Assembly (NCBI GenBank): GCA_949373235.1
Contig: CASICQ010000003.1
Coordinates: 49,136 to 113,135 of the forward strand
Direction: 5' to 3'
Origin: Candidatus Poseidoniaceae archaeon
GTDB taxonomy: Archaea; Thermoplasmatota; Poseidoniia; Poseidoniales; Poseidoniaceae
DNA: 64,000 nucleotides
Part shown: piece by piece, positions 60,701-64,000 of the stretch
Layout: each line of letters starts with the position of its first letter
Position numbering within the stretch: position 1 is the first letter of the stretch
Notes under the pieces: model-generated
Database searches by the model: none
Told to the model about the DNA's origin: nothing
What the model saw: only the letters and a program-made list of their open reading frames with translations
Position numbers and translations under genes: made by a program

Positions 60701-61751
60701 GATACCCCGCTTGATTGTACGCTCGGGCGATGGCCTGAACTTGGCCCCGCTGGCTTGGTGCAGTGATGCCCTTGCCGCGCCCATCGGAGGAACCACCTAT
60801 GCCACGGATGACTGCGTGAACCTCATCGCCATCTGCCAAAGCATCGCTCAGGCGTTTCAACAGCAACACACCAGCCCCCTCACCCATCACAAAGCCGTTT
60901 GCTCGGGCATCAAATGGGGTTGAATGAGTCGGTGATAAAGCGCCAATGGCACTGAACTTCGAAAATGTGGCCGGATCCATCGTACGGTCTGTAGCCCCTG
61001 CGAGCATGAGGTCCACCTGACGGGTTTGCAGCAATCGGCAAGCATCCAAAACAGCCGCCATGGAAGACGCACAGGCGGCGTCCATTGCGTGGTTGGGGCC
61101 TTGTAAATCGAGTAGGTTTGCGACTCGGCCTGAAACCACATTGGCCAATTCCCCAGGCATTGTGTCTTCATCGATTCGTGGCGTACCCTCAACCAACTCT
61201 TCGGTGAACGCTTCGATGTTCTGTTCTGCAAGCCCATGCTTCTTAGCCAGCTCTTTGGTGTGGTTGGACCACACGCGAATGTTGGAAAGGTTGCGGTTCT
61301 CACCGCCGAGCGCATTTGCGAAAACAACGCCACATCGAGTGCGATCGATGTCTTTTGTTTCGCCATCATAGCCGGCTTGCTCGATGGCATCTGCTGCTAC
61401 AGAAACCGCCCAAAGTTGGCATGGATCAATTTGCGGGAGGGTGCCTGGTGGCTGCCTCCATCGACGCCAGTCGAATTCGAACCCTTCGACAAGAGCTCCG
61501 ATTTTGGCGTAGGTGAACCCTTCTTTGCTGTCGCCAGGCCCACCTTCTCGATAGAAATGGTTGATTGGACCCGGCCATCGGCCTTCCTGTATCTCTCGAA
61601 TACTGACTTTGGAATCGATGATGTTCTGCCAGAAGGCTTCGATGCTTGGCGCGTCAGGCATCAGGGCTGCCAAACCGATGACTGCAATCGGTTCGAACGG
61701 TCCTTGATCAAGCCCTTCGCAGGGTTTGCCATTTGCTGTTGTGATCGTCAT
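54657..61751 (-). CDS. Type I FAS/PKS megasynthase, PfaA-like: KS - malonyl-AT - second KS - 3 tandem ACP-like domains - KR structural subdomain and start of the KR Rossmann fold
   Basis: KS1 (about 60327..61694) has GPNHAMDAACASS, EAHGTSTKVGD and KSQIGHLKAAAG. AT (about 58947..59834) has GQGSQY, GHSLGE and the malonyl-type SHAFHS. KS2 (about 56892..58289) has NLACASATAAF, FHGTRLD and GFTGHPMAVG. Three repeats of HTGYPADF(V/I)E(L/M)DQDLEGELGIDTVKQAEIM are PfaA-style ACPs with Thr at the Ser position. The ORF ends within the KR GGGSG loop because of a frameshift. Confidence 0.85.
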   Translation of the reverse strand: MTITTANGKPCEGLDQGPFEPIAVIGLAALMPDAPSIEAFWQNIIDSKVSIREIQEGRWPGPINHFYREGGPGDSKEGFTYAKIGALVEGFEFDWRRWRQPPGTLPQIDPCQLWAVSVAADAIEQAGYDGETKDIDRTRCGVVFANALGGENRNLSNIRVWSNHTKELAKKHGLAEQNIEAFTEELVEGTPRIDEDTMPGELANVVSGRVANLLDLQGPNHAMDAACASSMAAVLDACRLLQTRQVDLMLAGATDRTMDPATFSKFSAIGALSPTHSTPFDARANGFVMGEGAGVLLLKRLSDALADGDEVHAVIRGIGGSSDGRGKGITAPSQRGQVQAIARAYNQAGYPASTVELVEAHGTSTKVGDATELSTLSLLWDGFPSGDHVAVGSIKSQIGHLKAAAGIAGIMKTVMALHHRTIPPSAGFETPNPTVEWSEIPFFVPTEARDWPRPEHHPRRAGISAFGFGGTNFHIALEGYEPEYHAPLAREWDLRWQAYAAIETSSSTTPSAPSILDGSAAPSMTHEQLKAVEGGMLLLSAESLEGLRQALTTTSFEGATFDEDPKGIRLSYALYAASSSFDSSASMRMAVIATNWAEFNKRVELALKAMDDEDKWGFLQAQGVLITKDAPLHAKAKVAHMYPGQGSQYVGMTHDLHQRYTAVQQVWAKADETMIEVLEGETLSSFVLRSNLSKEEQAEAEHKLKQTEYTQPAMLTADLAIERALNDHGIHPDMVAGHSLGEYAALMAAGILDMDGALRAAAARGTEMGAVEIDDKGLMASVSAPYSEVETIINAVDGYVIAANKNSPKMTVIAGETEPVKAAMAEFEAKGFQSMPLATSHAFHSRIVAPANEPLRRFLEGLDIRWPTIPITANVDGEFYPMNPSDSEDLEASKSAVLSKLALQMASSVEWTAQIQTMYEAGARAFIEVGPKRALSMFAVQILEDQPHLPVMTNHPKQGGIASFLTALATMALAGRPMNWPAPTSAALTEAFRAGPIEAHRATSSGEDLRTRARPLPSAAGTGTPQVVHVQQASSSPNLDPEIAAQKAKDAYLGDRIASLTNYPARFCHGMVDLRLGLGMSEASIASLFQTVVSEAKTDPEVDVSGAKTVADVARWIATPPAGWSPKSSMTRMAAPSSAGHAPATGHDPMSRRRADPFVVTGVSLGLPGGESVFNEDTFERLVRGETCISEVTDDYKQRLLDKNLVRLIKGRDGSVNMDQATAFGDVPQLAGVKGAFDLAEEFGIDPKVILAWDITTQLGMAAGLLALRDAAIPLTPVEQIGKGGLRLIRNWQVPQHTRDRTGIVFASCFPGFQMALKHAKANGDDGEGRFDRRYLFQTLAMGHSQFAQYSGIRGPNTIINLACASATAAFGVAEDWLNADRVDRVVIISADDVTGDDMWEWIGGGFAASGAAATHNVVEETALPFDRRRNGLILGMGAAAFVVERNSEAEERGVQPIAELLGATTANSAFHGTRLDVDHVAETVDNFVTSMEQQWGIDRHEIASDTVFFSHETYTPARGGSAQSEVRALRDTFTHSTDKLVIANTKGFTGHPMAVGIEDASMFHGMKTGRIPPIANHKEVDPELGNLNLSKGGDYPNLKYGLRFAAGFGSQMALSLVRRWPVVGERIDGAKFLAWNRRLAGNEDVVMRLLDQKLVAYVDGENNLHGGVQGDPWPITAPFEGKPSVVPNPVPTPVPPPVSVPAPQPSLPAPTPAPASVQSLSPSAVAEGDAVTVVIDVVVNHTGYPADFVELDQDLEGELGIDTVKQAEIMADIRERFNLPVDEEFVLSDYPTLNHMIGYIQRMSGGTTAPVPAPAAPTQLPSEEAPQPVAESQPLASPAPHPPASPVDEEHLRATVVEVVVTHTGYPADFIELDQDLEGELGIDTVKQAEIMADIRDRFGLPLDEDFVLSDYPTLNHMIAYIHRMQGGEAPSSPAKAAPAPSPPAPVAPAPVAPAPSEPTTSKPKGVATDGTVDDQLVEIVVKHTGYPADFIEMDQDLEGELGIDTVKQAEIMGDVREVFDLPLDEDFVLSDHPTLNHFTAYILRMKGDASTGSPAPPSQTEASTAPSLVSTTTTVESRRWQIEVEAAPGRDAPMSLKGTAVVTDDGWGIAEVFCQLLEADGMDAIRIGFESNIRDMSVQQEGKRVVYRADPGNPEHIAAVSQALNGHNISALIHMSPLKLASASWAEDGHPSSQIALAAQGYFSLLQGLDAQLSNLDAGIVASITALDGRHGNIGERFNAVQCAASGVTKSYAFEQPHLRCRALDVHPELILDPAQAAALIHHDVFNIAGEVEIGLDRDERRWALVAFAEDLVEERTPLQSDDTWLVSGGGSGVTAASVIGGSRNVIQCRSSFRPSWSLSPH
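55608..56579 (-). repeat. Three tandem coding repeats (363-366 nt period) encoding ACP-like carrier domains joined by Pro/Ala-rich linkers
   Basis: The repeat units are about 70-aa identical-motif blocks separated by PAP-rich linkers. The copies are diverged at synonymous sites. The 'Ser-position' codons are CGT/CGT/GGT on the plus strand, which read ACG/ACG/ACC (Thr) on the coding strand, at 56460..56462, 56094..56096 and 55731..55733. Confidence 0.85.
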
Positions 61752-61760
61752 GCGCTCACT

Positions 61761-62555
61761 TCACTGATCCATGATGCTCTGAGGCACCATGGTGATCGAA
61801 TAACCGCCATCGACGTATATGCACTGGCCTGTAACGCCGCTTGCGAGAGGGCTTGCAAGCCAAAGCGTTGCTCCCGCTACATCGTTTTGATTGACGTTAC
61901 GGCGCAATGGTGCATTGGCTTCGACGTGGTCAAGGATTTTGTCAAAACCCGGAATGCCACCTGCGGCAATGGTGCGTATGGGGCCGGAAGAGATGGCGTT
62001 GACGCGATGACCTTCCGGACCGAGGTGGCACGCAAGTTCCCTCGTCCAGCATTCCAATGCAGCCTTAGCCATCGACATGATGCCATAATTAGGAACATAT
62101 CGGGTCGAAGCGGCGTAGGTTAGCGTGATGGTGGACGAACCAGGGTTGAGGTAAGGCAGCGCATGCTTCAAGCAACGTTGCAGCGAATTTGCTGAAATGG
62201 TCATGGCCGTGTTGATATCAGCATCTTCGACGAAGAGAATGGGGCGATCAAAGCAACTTCGAGGCGCAAAGCCGATCGCATGAATGAGAATATCAGCCTT
62301 GAGCCCTGGATGTTCTGCTGCAAAGGCGTCGAAAAATTCCTTTGTTGTTGCGTCCTCTGCCACATCAAGCGGGTAGAATCCGCCAATTTGTGGTAATTTG
62401 TCTTTGAGTTGGAAAATTCGGCTCATGAATCGCTTCTGATACCCGAGGTAAAGCGTCACACCAGCGGCCGCCAACTGTTGACAAATCGCCCAAGCGATGG
62501 AATCCTCGCTCGCCACACCAAACACGAAGGCGGTCTTTCCTTGCAATTGTAGCAT
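61761..62555 (-). CDS. fabI: Enoyl-[acyl-carrier-protein] reductase, FabI-like (SDR family)
   Basis: LQGKTAFVFGVASEDSIAWAICQQLAAAGVTL parallels the FabI N-terminus [21 protein letters not shown]. The FabI-type Tyr/Lys catalytic spacing (YxxMxxxK region AASTRYVPNYGIMSMAKAALE) is present. It lies 9 nt upstream of the megasynthase. Confidence 0.8.
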   Translation of the reverse strand: MLQLQGKTAFVFGVASEDSIAWAICQQLAAAGVTLYLGYQKRFMSRIFQLKDKLPQIGGFYPLDVAEDATTKEFFDAFAAEHPGLKADILIHAIGFAPRSCFDRPILFVEDADINTAMTISANSLQRCLKHALPYLNPGSSTITLTYAASTRYVPNYGIMSMAKAALECWTRELACHLGPEGHRVNAISSGPIRTIAAGGIPGFDKILDHVEANAPLRRNVNQNDVAGATLWLASPLASGVTGQCIYVDGGYSITMVPQSIMDQ

Positions 62556-62670
62556 AACAGTACCTCCTCAATGGATAGGTGTTGGCCAGCACACCTAACC
62601 TATGACTGTTGCCTATGTCACGACCTATGAAACCGCATATCTGCGACCCATTTTGTTTCGCCGAAGAGGC
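62556..62670 (-). promoter_or_regulatory. Leader/promoter region of the fabI-megasynthase-PPTase operon with three direct CATAGG repeats, a 7-bp-arm palindrome and a strong SD-like GAGGAGGT
   Basis: The transcribed-strand sequence is ...TTTCATAGGTCGTGACATAGGCAACAGTCATAGGTTAGGTGTGCTGGCCAACACCTATCCATTGAGGAGGTACTGTTATG. CATAGG occurs three times at 12-13 nt spacing. TAGGTGT...ACACCTA is an inverted repeat around the palindromic TGGCCA. GAGGAGGT sits 8 nt before ATG. Confidence 0.4.
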
Positions 62671-63804
62671 TTACAAATCATCGAACATATCGTCGAATTC
62701 GTCGGCCTTTGAAGGACCGTCGAGGTCTGAAAAGAAATCGTCTAAATCGTCATCCAAAGCTGGCGATTCAACTGAAGCGGGATATTCGGGAAGATCGATG
62801 GCGACAGGCACCTGAATCGCTGAAGCGGCTGCAGTGCCCCGAGAGGAGCGCTTGGTGGCTTTTGCTAAAACCACGACCAAAAGCAGAACGAGGATGACCC
62901 CTCCTGCGATTGCAGCGTATTGAAGCACCTGATCCTTGTCTATTTCCTCAAGGTTACCGCCAAGCGAACTTGATTGACCGGGAGCAACGACGTTGAGTTG
63001 AACTGTAATTTCGCTCGACGCTGCGCTGCTGTCAACGCTGCTTTCGGCTTGGAAAAGCACAGGGAGGCGGATGTCTTCAGCGAGATCCGAAGGTGAGCGT
63101 ACCGTCAAGGTTCGGAGGCTCGAAGTGCCTTGGTAGGCCACTTCTTCGCTCACAAATGTGCCTGCTGGGAACGAGAAGCCTGCGGCAACCAAGTCCGCTT
63201 CATTGGCGATACGAATCACAATGTTATCGTCATCGTTGCCTTTGTTGGTGAATTGGAAGGTGAAATCGACTTCTTCTGATGTAGAGAGTTCACGGGTGGT
63301 TTTGTCGGACATGATCAATTCAACCATTCCATAGGAAGCAATTGAGAAATCACCAAGATAGGATTGGTTGACCACCCATGGGCCATCCGGAAGTTCCCCG
63401 TATGGAAGGCCGTTCCAAGAGGTCACTTTGGCTTCGATTTCAAATTCATGAGTGAGGGAAGCTGGGAGTCTTGTTTGGCCCGAGAACACGATGTTGAAAC
63501 TCTCTTCATCGCCGGCAGCAAGAGTAAATTCATCTTCACTGAGCGTCATTTCTACGTTGACGCCATCCCATTCGATTTTATCGACCTTGACGACTTCACT
63601 TGCCGAGGTTGGGTTGGTGACCGTGCAGACAAGGACAGCATCCTCGTAGAAGTTTGGATGAACGTTCATCACCGGGTCTGAGCCACAGTCCAACTCGACC
63701 GCAGGAAGCGGTGAGCCTTGTGCTGCGGCGCCAGTTGAGAGCGCAGGCAAGACGAATAAGGTCAACACGAGCAACGCGGTGAATGCCCTACCAAATCGTG
63801 CCAT
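62671..63804 (-). CDS. Secreted surface protein with C-terminal TM anchor and poly-acidic cytoplasmic tail, hypothetical
   Basis: A signal peptide FTALLVLTLFVLPALSTGAAAQG is present. The C-terminal helix AIAGGVILVLLLVVVLA is followed by KATKRSSRG and a DDDLDDFFSDLD...DEFDDMFDDL tail. Confidence 0.55.
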   Translation of the reverse strand: MARFGRAFTALLVLTLFVLPALSTGAAAQGSPLPAVELDCGSDPVMNVHPNFYEDAVLVCTVTNPTSASEVVKVDKIEWDGVNVEMTLSEDEFTLAAGDEESFNIVFSGQTRLPASLTHEFEIEAKVTSWNGLPYGELPDGPWVVNQSYLGDFSIASYGMVELIMSDKTTRELSTSEEVDFTFQFTNKGNDDDNIVIRIANEADLVAAGFSFPAGTFVSEEVAYQGTSSLRTLTVRSPSDLAEDIRLPVLFQAESSVDSSAASSEITVQLNVVAPGQSSSLGGNLEEIDKDQVLQYAAIAGGVILVLLLVVVLAKATKRSSRGTAAASAIQVPVAIDLPEYPASVESPALDDDLDDFFSDLDGPSKADEFDDMFDDL

Positions 63805-63882
63805 GAGCCACCGGTGACGGCGCTAACTCATCAATGTGGTGGCGGATGGTACCCCTCAAAGTGGGCTCTTTGGGCCTGTTCC

Positions 63883-64000
63883 TCATGGTGAAGGGCCATA
63901 GAGGTAATCGGGCAGTTCCTGATGCGCTTTCCACAGAAATTCTTCATCGAGGCCTGCTTCGAGCAACTGGTTGGTTCTTTTTGGGACGGTTTTAGGGCCG
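63883..64000 (-). CDS. C-terminal 38 codons of an unidentified gene entering from beyond the window end
   Basis: The minus strand has an open frame from the window edge to TGA at 63883..63885 (...GPKTVPKRTNQLLEAGLDEEFLWKAHQELPDYLYGPSP*). It is absent from the ORF track. Confidence 0.3.
   Translation of the reverse strand, partial: GPKTVPKRTNQLLEAGLDEEFLWKAHQELPDYLYGPSP

Noticed and set aside
1-64000. tRNA and rRNA genes
   Set aside because: No cloverleaf-compatible GTTCGAATC/T-loop-type segments or rRNA-like conserved stretches were noticed in the few non-coding gaps. All intergenic regions are shorter than 350 bp. A tRNAscan/Infernal run would be needed to exclude tRNAs formally.

Overview
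This 64 kb window is densely coding (about 50 genes, both strands) and looks like an archaeal chromosome with an estimated GC content near 50%. Archaeal markers are a thermosome subunit, CDC48/VCP, a TrmB-family regulator, PyrI next to PyrB, an NcsA-type tRNA thiolase and a PRC-barrel protein. Large secreted proteins anchored by a C-terminal transmembrane helix fit a planktonic euryarchaeon, possibly marine group II; that placement is inference only. Housekeeping genes are dnaK, thrS, pyrG, pyrBI, ribA, tdh, an HMG-CoA synthase, a Sir2-family deacylase, a photolyase operon and phytoene synthase.

The most notable feature lies at 52.1-62.7 kb on the minus strand. It is an operon of a FabI-like enoyl reductase, a roughly 3000-aa type I FAS/PKS megasynthase resembling PUFA-synthase PfaA, and an Sfp-type phosphopantetheinyl transferase. 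The megasynthase reads KS-AT-KS-ACP-ACP-ACP-KR-DH and is split into two ORFs by a 1-nt frameshift at a C5 homopolymer. All three tandem carrier domains have Thr where the universally conserved phosphopantetheinylated Ser of the LGxDS motif should be.

Other unusual items:
- A Roadblock/LC7 gene followed by a 1056-aa protein with Roadblock-like N-terminal segments and a long coiled coil.
- A DUF58-containing membrane-protein cluster with no MoxR ATPase nearby.
- A roughly 90-bp conserved intergenic element present four times in both orientations between 7.0 and 14.8 kb.
- Two partial genes at the window edges that the ORF track missed.

No rRNA, tRNA or CRISPR array was recognised.
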